A DNA stretch of 64,000 nucleotides from an uncultured Verrucomicrobiae bacterium (GTDB lineage Bacteria > Verrucomicrobiota > Verrucomicrobiia > Limisphaerales > Palsa-1400), in assembly GCA_963764165.1 (NCBI GenBank), contig CAVXRD010000001.1, positions 384,001 to 448,000 of the forward strand, read 5' to 3'. The notes under the pieces are model-generated. The model worked only from the letters and a program-made list of their open reading frames with translations. It searched no databases and was not told the DNA's origin. A program made the translations under genes and the position numbers. Shown in pieces: positions 27,501 to 36,552 of this stretch. Each line of letters opens with the position of its first letter. Within the stretch, counting starts at the first letter, position 1.

Positions 27501-28358
27501 GACTTTGATCTTTCCTCGTCACCGCCGGGTCTCGAATGGTTCTGCCAGGCGTCCGTTGGCGCGGGAAGCGTCACGAACGCCCAGCCCGGAAGCACGTATT
27601 CGCTTCCTGTTTACGCCAACGTTCTCGCCGGCTACGATCTGGCCGCGCTGCAATTCCGCGCCACTCTCACCGGCAGCCCCGGCGCCCCGGCGGTTTCGTC
27701 CATTGCATTCACGCCCGCGTCCGAAATTCCGTATCCCGACATTCTGCCCGGCTTGAATGGGGCGGATAAGGTGATTGCGTGGGGTTTCGGATCGTTTGCC
27801 TCGCCTCTTATCGGGAGCAATTACCTCGGCACGATCTCCTTCCAGGTTCCCGCCAGCGCAAGCCGGGGAGAGTCTTACGCCCTTCATTTCTCCGGCGTCG
27901 ACGGCGCACCCGGCAACGTGGAATACGAATTGGAGAGTTTCCCCGGCTCGCTGTGGGTCATGTCGGCGGATGCGGCTCCGGCGTCCATCACTTCTGACGA
28001 ATGGAAGATTTACTTTTTCGGCAGCTACTCCAACAGCCTGGCGGCGGATAATGTCGATGCCGACAGCGACGGCGCGTTGAACTGGCAGGAGTACGTGGCC
28101 GGCACGAATCCCACCAATGCCGCGTCGCGTCTCCAATTTAACGGCATCGCCAGGCTGACCAATGCGCCGAACACCACGGCGATCAACTGGTTGACGGCGC
28201 CGGGCAAAACATATATACTGCAATCCAGCCCCAGCCTGACCGGCAGTGGTTGGACTCCTGTCAACACCAACACCGGCGATGGCAACTTTTACCAGTGTGT
28301 CATCACCAATTTGAGCGGCAACACCCACTTCTATCAACTCCGTCTTAGCAATGAGTAA
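24555..28358 (+). CDS. Large secreted protein A: NHL propeller, 2 FnIII-like, Fn3-associated, cohesin-like/dockerin-like/cohesin-like, Ca-binding repeat, C-terminal domain
   Basis: AARA|Q signal; FNDPVSCALDTNGNLWIAD-type NHL repeats; duplicated STLPAS..NATL...VNP...F.WGT; YYTTTG.TPT; LVGD...GDG.I...D; DADSDGALNWQEYVAGTNP; ends HFYQLR. Confidence 0.8.
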   Translation: MSLIAKKKLGRDGSQRWAGLALAWLLALSAGPAARAQVTVDTIGGGVRVECGSSSGFAGGNTWSAAQFNDPVSCALDTNGNLWIADHNNSDIEEITQAGNKSSSVTYQIKVNSNSHWFTNVVSVAIDPADNLYAMLPSPPTVVKVTLATAPSSLNILGYLKFSNIPSGTVASAMTVDGSSNVFIAFTNGVIVKFQMLDNSHPPTTNIVSYGGGLSPALHFIVSNGFAWNPAGLALMADGKLAVSDKENNAIWVVSTNDYTANPGPQLLVGANGAGFDDGSPAFAKLDQPSGLAATADGSLIVCDTQNNRVRLIDNQANTTTLYGTPSSEWPATCCTCDPTLYAGWVDGVSGITPTNATGRAPVSCAIGTNGQLFVTESYYSLIREVIGTTFAQVNLRASLPIASTLPASGVSSTNATLIGTVNPGDEPTYYFFEWGTNASYGSYTATNLISTSLMASQTVGIVITQLSPGTIYHFQLVASNGLGFSYGGDQTFVTPAEPAIVSTLPASSVTSSTAVLNASVNPEYSVTSVYFQWGTTTNFGFTSTPITLASNLGSFEVVSQAIGNLQTGTIYYFQATAFNSGGTTAGNIQIFSTPYVPPPTVTVSPSNGYYPNCVTVTVTSTSSNVYYTTTGVTPTTNSTQVPVTFNGSNYVGFIDWCNSQANLSQLQILSGAGTNTTLVQGSLGSANQIGFPQALFAGPGEHLYVPVVADLVSNATLESLQFRAEITPTLPNTNKVASITLQPLTDNDLVLLPGPAPLDAPVSFTTYSYSTATNGSGLVVTAPGGSSGLDMAGAGVVVMLHFQVPTNATAGEVFSLNILDVSGTSDGQQTAIAISPLPIQTLTITDPPYLVGDSSPSLGYNAGQFGNGSLDNSDVNNAIYASAGIRVPPTDSDIFGAMDAWPPDSGGVGGDGLIRLLDWETILARSLGGIPLYPGLDTNNYIRFWTNGDTGNPSHQVVDWYPGGPPVSLIASRGLRGPGPKDFDLSSSPPGLEWFCQASVGAGSVTNAQPGSTYSLPVYANVLAGYDLAALQFRATLTGSPGAPAVSSIAFTPASEIPYPDILPGLNGADKVIAWGFGSFASPLIGSNYLGTISFQVPASASRGESYALHFSGVDGAPGNVEYELESFPGSLWVMSADAAPASITSDEWKIYFFGSYSNSLAADNVDADSDGALNWQEYVAGTNPTNAASRLQFNGIARLTNAPNTTAINWLTAPGKTYILQSSPSLTGSGWTPVNTNTGDGNFYQCVITNLSGNTHFYQLRLSNE

Positions 28359-31300
28359 TTCAGTTCCAAGTTTATCCGTTTCAGCCCGCGTCGCGATGGG
28401 GATTGTGGCCGCTGCGTTGTGCACAGGCACTGTCCGGGCGCAATATGTCGGCACGTTAGTCACCAACCTAAGCAGCCCGGCAGGCGTGGCGGTCGACTCG
28501 AGCAACAACGTCTATATTACCGAGCCCGGCAATTACACCGTTGCCGTGTATGTTCCGAACGCTGGCACGCTTACGACGCTGGCTGGCTCGCCGGGCAACT
28601 TTGGCGCCGATCCGGGAACTGGGCCGGCAGCGACCTTTTTCATTCCGCAGGGCATCGTGGTGGCTCGCGGCGGATTGGTGGTGGTTGACCAGGGAAGCCA
28701 GCTCATCCGTTTTGTCACTTACTCTGGGACTGTCTCAGACATCGCCGGCCAGGCATTTGTTTCGGGCTTTGCCAACGGCAACGGGACATCGGCCACCTTT
28801 AGTTATCCGACGGGAATTGCGGCTGACGCCGCGGGCGATCTTTACGTCGCCGATTCCCAGAACAATGCCATCCGCGAAATCGACCTCAATAACAACGTCA
28901 CTACGCTGGCCACCGGCGGTTACATTTTTGATCGTCCCAACGCCGTTGCCGTCGATCCCAACAACAACGTCTGGGTGGCCGATTCCGGCCATAACAACAT
29001 AGTCCTGATCAGCAACGGGGTGGCGAAGGTGATCGCGGGCAGCGTCAGCGCGGCGGCGGGAACCAATGACTCGCTCGTGGCATTGAACGCCCGCTTCCGG
29101 AATCCATCCGGCCTTTACTGGAATACGAACACAGGCGCCCTGATGATTTCGGACACTGGCAATGACACGGTTCGCAGCTTGATCGTTACAAATTACAATG
29201 GCGCCACCGGCTACGGCGTGGTCACGACGGCGGGTCTCGCCAGCGTGCCGGGCTTCCAGGACGGAGCGCTCACGGTGGCGGAGTTCAACCAACCGCTGGG
29301 CATCGCCCCGGATGTGACGGACTTCGGCGTCTACGTCGTTGACAGCGCCAATAATGCGGTGCGCGTGCTCCAGCCCACCAAGCCCGAGGCTCCGATCACC
29401 CCTCCTGTTTTTGGCTATGTGAGTTTTCCAGCCAACGCCGATCCCCCTGGCTCCTCGGTCTTCGTGGCTTCAAGTTCTGCAATCTTCAATAATTTGACGA
29501 ACATTACCATTGAAGCGCAACAGGGCACAGAAACATACCTTACCTACGGCCCGACAGGCAGCTCGATTCCGGCCCCCGGACCGGGAAGTCCCACTCCGGC
29601 CATTTATCCGGGCGACGGCAATATGCCTTCTGCCATCTCATCCATCATTTCACCGAACCCTGGCACGAACGATATCACCCTATATGCCATTAGCGTCCAA
29701 TCAGGCCGGCAGCCGAGCGCCATTTCCACCGCGCGATTCCAGTTTCTCACCGCCAACCCAAACATTATCGGCAACAACGCGGCCGACATCCAGCTCACCG
29801 ACATCACGTCCGGGGCGGCCCTTTACTACACCCTTGATGGATCAGTGCCGACGAATAACGGAACCAGCCTGGGACCGGTTAGCTCGGGCTCCATTCTATC
29901 GCTCACCATTACGAGCAATGTTGAATTGCAGGTGCGCGCGTTTACCCCGGGCCTGGCCACGAGTCAAATAGTCAGCAATCTGCTGTCCATTTCCAATGTC
30001 GCGGGCAATCAGATCTCATGGGGATTTGCCTCCGGGCTTGGCTCGTCGCATCTGATAACAGCGGAAAATCTGACATTCTCTGCGCCGATCACTTTCTCCC
30101 AAATTCCCACCTCACTTACGGTTTACTCGTTCCAGTTTGATGCGGTGCTGACGAACGCTCCAGGGTATGCAAATGCCGCGCCGCAGCTGGATCGAAGCAA
30201 TTTTATTACTTACCTCTTGCAACCTGATCCGACACCTCCGACCTTTGCATGGATTCCGCCGGGAATCGTTGATGTGGAAGGCGGCACGATAACCAGCGGA
30301 GTTTCCGCGACTCAGCCGTCCGCGTTGGAAATTGCCTGGGTGACACCCCCACCCGTCACTAACCTTTATACCAGCCAGAGTTTGTTGCAATACTCAGGGG
30401 TCGATGAAACATTGTTTGCGCTCGCCACCAATGGAGCCTTGGTAGGCGCATTGCAGTTTGTGATTCCCTCCAATGCCACTCCCGGCACACCATATTTGCT
30501 GCAGGAAGAGTTCCCCTCGGCCAGTTCGTTTATTCAGCCGGATTGCTGCGGCATGCCCATCGACGTTCTCGTTCAGGCAACGACCAACGGCGCGCTGACA
30601 GGAACATCTCCCAACGCCATGAAGCTGGTGACGGTGCTCACCAATAATTCCCCCGCCAGCGCCCATTTGGTTGGAGATGTGTTTCCGTATGGCTGGTACA
30701 ACATCGGTGATTTTGGCGATGGCGCGCTTTTGAACGATGACGTCATTCAAACGATGGAAGGGGCCATTAAATTTGGAAACACTCCGTATCCCGCCAATTT
30801 TCCGCTCTATGACGCGATGGATTCTTCGGATGGATCAATCAACACCTTTTACGGAGACCCCGATTCCGCCATTAACATCATCACCAATGGCGATGGCTAC
30901 ATCGATATCTCCGACGTTTACGTAACATTGCGGCGCTCGCTGGATCCGACCTTGACCAACTATATCCGCACATGGACTGGCTCGAACTGGTATGCGACGG
31001 TGTATACGAACACCGTGCAATTGGGCGCAAAGACTTCGCCGCACAAGCTGTTGACCGGCGGGCCGCGTTATGTGGCCATCGGGGCGGACCGCGTGAATAC
31101 CTATGGAAGCTTGGGCGCGGAGGTGCCGGTGCGCGTTTTGGCGGCGGATCCAGTTTATCCCATTCGCGTCATGCTGCTGAACGTGGAAATTCTGCCGCTG
31201 GATGGCTCCCCGGCTCTAACCACTGGCCTTTCGTTCTCGACCGGCACGAATCTTGGATCGGCCTACACAACACTCTCGAAAGCCATTAATAATTATGCGG

Positions 31301-31872
31301 GGGCATGGCTCAATGCCGGAGTGGCGGGTGTCGCAGGCACGAACCTGCTGGGGACTTTGAATATCGTCCTGCCGTCAACCGTTTCAGCCAATTCCGCTTA
31401 TCTGGTGGAGATCGACACCTTCTCGGCTTCGCCGAACGGATTCTCGCTCTTCAAGAGTTCGACGCAGAATGGTTTGATCACCGTCAGCAATCGCAATGGC
31501 TCCAGTTGGAATGATGGCATTCCCGATTGGTGGCGCCTGCTCTATTTCGGCACCGTCTCCAACGCCATGTCCGCCGCCAGCCTGGACCCAGACCGCGATG
31601 GCGCGAATAACTGGCAGGAATACGTCGCGGGCACGGATCCCTTGGATTCAACTTCAATCTTCAAGTTCGCGGCTTCGTCGGATCCGGTGGCGGGCGCATT
31701 CACACTGCAATGGCCTTCCGTCGTCAACAAGTCCTATAGTTTGCAGTCGGCGTTGTCGCCGGGACACGGATGGTCTGTCATTGCCACCAACCTGATCGGC
31801 AACGGCCAGGTCATGCAATGGACAGACACCAACGCCGCCGCCACCCGCTTCTACCGCGCAACAGTCCAGTAA
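28351..31872 (+). CDS. Large secreted protein B, paralog of A
   Basis: VRA|Q signal; FSYPTGIAADAAGDLYVAD NHL repeats; LYYTLDGSVP; LVGD...GDGYIDISD; DPDRDGANNWQEYVAGTDP; ends RFYRATVQ; 8-nt overlap with A. Confidence 0.8.
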   Translation: MSNSVPSLSVSARVAMGIVAAALCTGTVRAQYVGTLVTNLSSPAGVAVDSSNNVYITEPGNYTVAVYVPNAGTLTTLAGSPGNFGADPGTGPAATFFIPQGIVVARGGLVVVDQGSQLIRFVTYSGTVSDIAGQAFVSGFANGNGTSATFSYPTGIAADAAGDLYVADSQNNAIREIDLNNNVTTLATGGYIFDRPNAVAVDPNNNVWVADSGHNNIVLISNGVAKVIAGSVSAAAGTNDSLVALNARFRNPSGLYWNTNTGALMISDTGNDTVRSLIVTNYNGATGYGVVTTAGLASVPGFQDGALTVAEFNQPLGIAPDVTDFGVYVVDSANNAVRVLQPTKPEAPITPPVFGYVSFPANADPPGSSVFVASSSAIFNNLTNITIEAQQGTETYLTYGPTGSSIPAPGPGSPTPAIYPGDGNMPSAISSIISPNPGTNDITLYAISVQSGRQPSAISTARFQFLTANPNIIGNNAADIQLTDITSGAALYYTLDGSVPTNNGTSLGPVSSGSILSLTITSNVELQVRAFTPGLATSQIVSNLLSISNVAGNQISWGFASGLGSSHLITAENLTFSAPITFSQIPTSLTVYSFQFDAVLTNAPGYANAAPQLDRSNFITYLLQPDPTPPTFAWIPPGIVDVEGGTITSGVSATQPSALEIAWVTPPPVTNLYTSQSLLQYSGVDETLFALATNGALVGALQFVIPSNATPGTPYLLQEEFPSASSFIQPDCCGMPIDVLVQATTNGALTGTSPNAMKLVTVLTNNSPASAHLVGDVFPYGWYNIGDFGDGALLNDDVIQTMEGAIKFGNTPYPANFPLYDAMDSSDGSINTFYGDPDSAINIITNGDGYIDISDVYVTLRRSLDPTLTNYIRTWTGSNWYATVYTNTVQLGAKTSPHKLLTGGPRYVAIGADRVNTYGSLGAEVPVRVLAADPVYPIRVMLLNVEILPLDGSPALTTGLSFSTGTNLGSAYTTLSKAINNYAGAWLNAGVAGVAGTNLLGTLNIVLPSTVSANSAYLVEIDTFSASPNGFSLFKSSTQNGLITVSNRNGSSWNDGIPDWWRLLYFGTVSNAMSAASLDPDRDGANNWQEYVAGTDPLDSTSIFKFAASSDPVAGAFTLQWPSVVNKSYSLQSALSPGHGWSVIATNLIGNGQVMQWTDTNAAATRFYRATVQ

Positions 31873-32097
31873 AAATTTGGCTGGGGGCCTCGCCCGGCCC
31901 CTTTCGAAACTTTTCGAGGATTTTATTCCGCACCCTTTGCCAGTTGCGAGGTATTCCCCTACAGGAAGAATAGTAAATTCCCTAATGATGCGGTTTCTAT
32001 AGCATAATTCCAGCCAAATTCAAGCTCCCGTTTCCTTGAATATTGCCCCCTTCCCCGTAGACTGTCGCCGCCACGGGTTGACTGTGGGCATCCGATT

Positions 32098-35000
32098 ATG
32101 TGGATCGTTCGACTGGCCTTAAATCGGCCTTATACATTCGTCGTTGCCGCGCTGATGATTTTGCTAGTCAGCCCGATCGTTATATTGCGCACGCCGACGG
32201 ACATCTTCCCGAACATCAGCATCCCGGTCGTCAGCATCGTCTGGCAATACACGGGAATGTCAGCGCAGGAAATGGCGCTGCGCATCGTTTTGCCCGCCGA
32301 ACGAGGCATGACGACGACTGTCAATGATATCGAACACATCGAATCGCAGTCGCTCAACGGCATGGGCGTGATCAAGGTGTTTTTTCATCCCAACGTCAAA
32401 ATCGAGGCCGCCATCGCCCAGATCACCGCCATCTCGCAATCAACCCTGAAGCAGCTGCCGCCCGGAATCACGCCCCCGCTGGTCATCAGCTATAATGCCT
32501 CCAGCGTACCGATTTTGCAATTGAGCTTGAGCAGCAAGACGCTCTCGGAATCGCAAGTCAACGACTTGGGCGTCAATTTCCTGCGCACCGGGCTCGCCAC
32601 AGTGCAAGGCGCGTCCATTCCTTACCCCTACGGCGGTAAAACGCGGCAGATCATGGTGGATTTGGACATGGCTGCGTTGAATGGCGTCGGCCTCTCCCCC
32701 AACGACGTCGTCAATGCCGTCAACGCGCAAAACCTGATCCTTCCCGGGGGCACTGAAAAAATGGGAAGCATCGAGTATGTCGTCGAATTAAACGGAAGCC
32801 CCACGACGATCAGGGACCTTAACGACCTCCCGCTGAAACAGGTCAACGGGCACATGATTTACATCCGCGATGTGGCGCACGTTCGGGACGGTTTTGCGGT
32901 GCAGCAAAATATTGTCCGCAGCGACGGCATCCGCGCTTGTTTGGTGACCATCATCAAGTCCGGCGCCGCTTCCACCCTGGACATTGTCAGCCGCGTGAAA
33001 TCGGCGTTGCCGGAAATCGCCAAAACGCTTCCGCGCGAACTTGAGATTCGCACTCTCCTGGACCAATCACTGTTTGTGCGCGCGGCCATTCAATCGGTTG
33101 TCAAGGAAGCGGTCATCGCCGCCTGCCTGACGGCCTTGATGATTTTGATCTTCCTTGGCAATTGGCGCACAACCTTCGTCATCGTCATCTCCATTCCGCT
33201 GGCGATTCTTTGCTCGATCCTGACGATGAGCGCGCTGGGGGAAACGATGAACATCATGACTCTCGGCGGACTCGCGCTGGCGGTCGGAATTCTCGTCGAC
33301 GACGCGACGGTTGAAATTGAAAACATCGAACGCAACCTGAGGGAAGGGAAGGAACTTCGGCAAGCCATTCTCGACGGCGCGGCCCAGATTGCCGTGCCCG
33401 CGTTCGTCTCGACCTTGTGCATCTGCATCGTGTTCGTGCCGATGTTCTTCCTGACGGGGACAGCCAAGTATTTGTTCGTCCCGCTGGCGGAAGCGGTGGT
33501 ATTCGCGATGCTCGCTTCCTACATTCTTTCGCGAACATTGGTGCCGACGCTGGTCATTTATTTTCTTCGCAATCACGTCCACGAAACGGGCGATGAGGCC
33601 ACCGGCTGGCTTGGGCGGTTTCACGCGAAGTTTGAGCGAGGCTTTGAGCGCATTCGCGGGAATTATCGAAACTGGCTGAACGGCTGCCTCCACCATCGGG
33701 GGTTATTTGCGGCATGCTTCCTCGGTTTTTGCGTCGCGTCCTGTTTCATGGCCCCGTGGCTGGGAGAGGATTTCTTTCCCAAAGTGGACGCCGGACAGAT
33801 GCGCCTCCACGTCCGCACGAAAACCGGAATGCGCGTCGAGGAAACAGCGGTGACGTGCGACCATATCGAGGAATACATTCGGAAAACGATTCCAAAGGAG
33901 GAATTGGAAAGCATAGTGGACAACGTCGGCCTGGCGGTAAGCGGCATCAATAACTCCTATAACAACGGCGGAACGGTCGGCTCCTTTGACGCCGAAATCC
34001 TCATTTCCCTCAACCGCGAGAAACATCACGCCACCGAGGATTACATTCGGCGCCTGCGCCACGATTTGAACATCAAATTCCCGGGCACTTCGTTCTTTTT
34101 CCAGCCGGCGGACATTGTCAGCCAGGTGCTTAACTTCGGCCTCCCCTCGCCCATCGACATTCAGATTATGGGCCAGAAGCAAGAGACCAATTATCATATT
34201 GCCACCGAGATGGCGGACGAACTCCGGAAAATCCCCGGCGCGGTCGACGTCCATGTGCAGCAGGTGTTTGACTTGCCGTCTTTGAACGTGCATGCGGATC
34301 GAACTAAGGTGGAGGAGGTCGGCTTCACCGAGCGCGATGTCGCCAACAGTCTTTTGGTGGCGTTGAGCGGGAGTTTTCAAACAGCGCCGTCGTTCTTTTT
34401 GAATCCCGTCAACGGTGTCACCTACAATATCGCCGCGCAAACACCGCAATACAACCTGGACACCTTGCAGGCGCTGGTAAATGTCCCCATCACTGGCACG
34501 GGCGGCGCGATCCCGCAATTGCTCGGCAACCTCGCCACCATCACCCGCTCCACGGAACAAGCCGTCGTCAGCCATTACAATATCCAACCCGTGATCGATA
34601 TCTATGGAGACGTGCAGGGCCGCGATTTGGGGGCGGTGGCGGCGGATATGCAAAAAATCGTGGACAAGGCGCAAAAAAATCTTCCACGCGGCAGCTCCAT
34701 CGTTGTGCGCGGACAGGTGAAGACCATGAAATCGTCGTTTTTGGGATTGGGACTTGGGCTGCTGTTCGCCATTGTCCTGGTTTACTTGCTGATCGTCATC
34801 AATTTCCAATCCTGGACAGATCCTTTCATCATCATTACTGCTCTCCCGGGGGCCTTGTGCGGCATTGTCTGGATGCTCTTCTTGACGCACACGACTCTTA
34901 ACGTACCTTCGTTGATGGGCGCGGTAATGAGCATCGGTGTGGCAACGGCGAACAGCATTCTGGTCGTGACTTTTGCCAAGGAGCGGCTTGAGGAAACCAA

Positions 35001-35277
35001 AAGCGCCTATCAGGCGGCGCTTGAGGCCGGGCATATTCGATTGCGCCCGGTCTGCATGACGGCCCTGGCGATGATCATCGGCATGGTGCCGATGGCGATG
35101 GGATTGGGCGAAGGCGGCGAACAGAATGCGCCGTTGGGCCGGGCGGTCATTGGCGGTCTGTTATTCGCAACAGTGGCAACCCTCTTTTTTGTGCCGGTGG
35201 TTTTTTGCATGATTCGAGGCCGGCAGGATGGCGAAACCGAAGAACAACATCACGGCGACGCCCCAAAAGCAGCTTAA
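32098..35277 (+). CDS. RND efflux permease (AcrB/CusA family)
   Basis: GLALAVGILVDDATVEIENI, RLRPVCMTALAMIIGMVPMA, PLGRAVIGG; 1059 aa. Confidence 0.96.
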   Translation: MWIVRLALNRPYTFVVAALMILLVSPIVILRTPTDIFPNISIPVVSIVWQYTGMSAQEMALRIVLPAERGMTTTVNDIEHIESQSLNGMGVIKVFFHPNVKIEAAIAQITAISQSTLKQLPPGITPPLVISYNASSVPILQLSLSSKTLSESQVNDLGVNFLRTGLATVQGASIPYPYGGKTRQIMVDLDMAALNGVGLSPNDVVNAVNAQNLILPGGTEKMGSIEYVVELNGSPTTIRDLNDLPLKQVNGHMIYIRDVAHVRDGFAVQQNIVRSDGIRACLVTIIKSGAASTLDIVSRVKSALPEIAKTLPRELEIRTLLDQSLFVRAAIQSVVKEAVIAACLTALMILIFLGNWRTTFVIVISIPLAILCSILTMSALGETMNIMTLGGLALAVGILVDDATVEIENIERNLREGKELRQAILDGAAQIAVPAFVSTLCICIVFVPMFFLTGTAKYLFVPLAEAVVFAMLASYILSRTLVPTLVIYFLRNHVHETGDEATGWLGRFHAKFERGFERIRGNYRNWLNGCLHHRGLFAACFLGFCVASCFMAPWLGEDFFPKVDAGQMRLHVRTKTGMRVEETAVTCDHIEEYIRKTIPKEELESIVDNVGLAVSGINNSYNNGGTVGSFDAEILISLNREKHHATEDYIRRLRHDLNIKFPGTSFFFQPADIVSQVLNFGLPSPIDIQIMGQKQETNYHIATEMADELRKIPGAVDVHVQQVFDLPSLNVHADRTKVEEVGFTERDVANSLLVALSGSFQTAPSFFLNPVNGVTYNIAAQTPQYNLDTLQALVNVPITGTGGAIPQLLGNLATITRSTEQAVVSHYNIQPVIDIYGDVQGRDLGAVAADMQKIVDKAQKNLPRGSSIVVRGQVKTMKSSFLGLGLGLLFAIVLVYLLIVINFQSWTDPFIIITALPGALCGIVWMLFLTHTTLNVPSLMGAVMSIGVATANSILVVTFAKERLEETKSAYQAALEAGHIRLRPVCMTALAMIIGMVPMAMGLGEGGEQNAPLGRAVIGGLLFATVATLFFVPVVFCMIRGRQDGETEEQHHGDAPKAA

Positions 35278-35280
35278 GGT

Positions 35281-36552
35281 ATGAAACAATCAGAGACTGT
35301 AACTGAACCAAGGCCGGCAGCGGCCCCCGCCCAGGCTGGCGGAGATGCGCATGGCGCGGGCCATCCGCACAGCAGCAGCCCTTCTGTCCCGCCACCAGGA
35401 CCGGCGGGCAAGCTGCCGTTCGTTATCCTAGCCATCATTTTCATCGCGCTTGGCGTCATGGCTGCGGTCCGTCTCGTCGACAAGCGCGCAGTCGGCAAGG
35501 AACTCGCCAAGGACACCGCGGAAAACGCCATTCCTACGGTCTCCATCATTCATCCAAAACGGACGCCGGTGGATGTGCAGATCGAATTGCCAGGCAACAT
35601 CACGGCTTTTGAGGAGTCGCCCCTCTACGCCCGCGTCAGCGGTTACTTGAAGTATTGGCTGACGGACATCGGCACGCGCGTTACCAACGGGCAGCCATTG
35701 GCGGCGATTGACACGCCGGAACTTGATCAGCAGCTCAGTCAGGCAAACGCCTCCCTGGCCCAGGCAAAAGCGAATCTCGCCATCGCCAAGGTTTCCGCCG
35801 ATCGATGGCAGAAACTGCGGGAAACTGATTCCGTTTCTCAACAGGACACCGACACCCGCGTGGCTACCTGGCACGCCCAGGAAGCCAGCGTGAACGCGGC
35901 GGAGGCGGACGTTAAGCGCTTGCAGGAGTTGACGAATTTCAAAATGATTACGGCGCCGTTTTCCGGAATCATCACCGAGCGCACCATGGACGCGGGCACG
36001 CTCATCACGGCGGGCGGGTCACGCGAGATTTTCCGCCTCGCCCGCATGGATCCCCTGCGCGTTTACGTCAGCGTGCCCCAAGCCTACAGCCAGTTGATCA
36101 AGACCAATGACAACGCGACGCTGACCTTTACGGAGATGCCCGGAGAGACTTTCACCGGGGTCATCGACCGCACCGCGGGAGCAATCGACCCCGCCTCCCG
36201 CACCTTGCTGACGGAAATTCTCGTGACAAATACAGACGGGAAATTGTTCCCGGGAGCGCACGTGACGGTTCACCTGCATTTGGCCCAGCAAAACGTGCCG
36301 GTGATTATTCCTGTCAATACTCTTTTGTTCCGCGATGAAGCCGGCATGCAGGTGGGCGTGGTGGAGTCCAACGACACTGTCCGCCTGGCCCGGGTGACGG
36401 TCGGCCACGATTATGGAACCAACCTGGAGATTGTGCTGGGTGTGTCGGAATCCGACAGCCTTATCGTCAACCCCTCGGACTCCCTTGTGAACGGCGCGAA
36501 GGTCCGCGTCGAGCAACCAAAACCGGAAGATTCCAAGCCCAAACATGAATGA
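35281..36552 (+). CDS. RND periplasmic adaptor (MFP)
   Basis: ARVSGYL....DIG..V..GQ.LA.ID.PE, ITAPFSGIIT, IDPASRTL. Confidence 0.93.
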   Translation: MKQSETVTEPRPAAAPAQAGGDAHGAGHPHSSSPSVPPPGPAGKLPFVILAIIFIALGVMAAVRLVDKRAVGKELAKDTAENAIPTVSIIHPKRTPVDVQIELPGNITAFEESPLYARVSGYLKYWLTDIGTRVTNGQPLAAIDTPELDQQLSQANASLAQAKANLAIAKVSADRWQKLRETDSVSQQDTDTRVATWHAQEASVNAAEADVKRLQELTNFKMITAPFSGIITERTMDAGTLITAGGSREIFRLARMDPLRVYVSVPQAYSQLIKTNDNATLTFTEMPGETFTGVIDRTAGAIDPASRTLLTEILVTNTDGKLFPGAHVTVHLHLAQQNVPVIIPVNTLLFRDEAGMQVGVVESNDTVRLARVTVGHDYGTNLEIVLGVSESDSLIVNPSDSLVNGAKVRVEQPKPEDSKPKHE

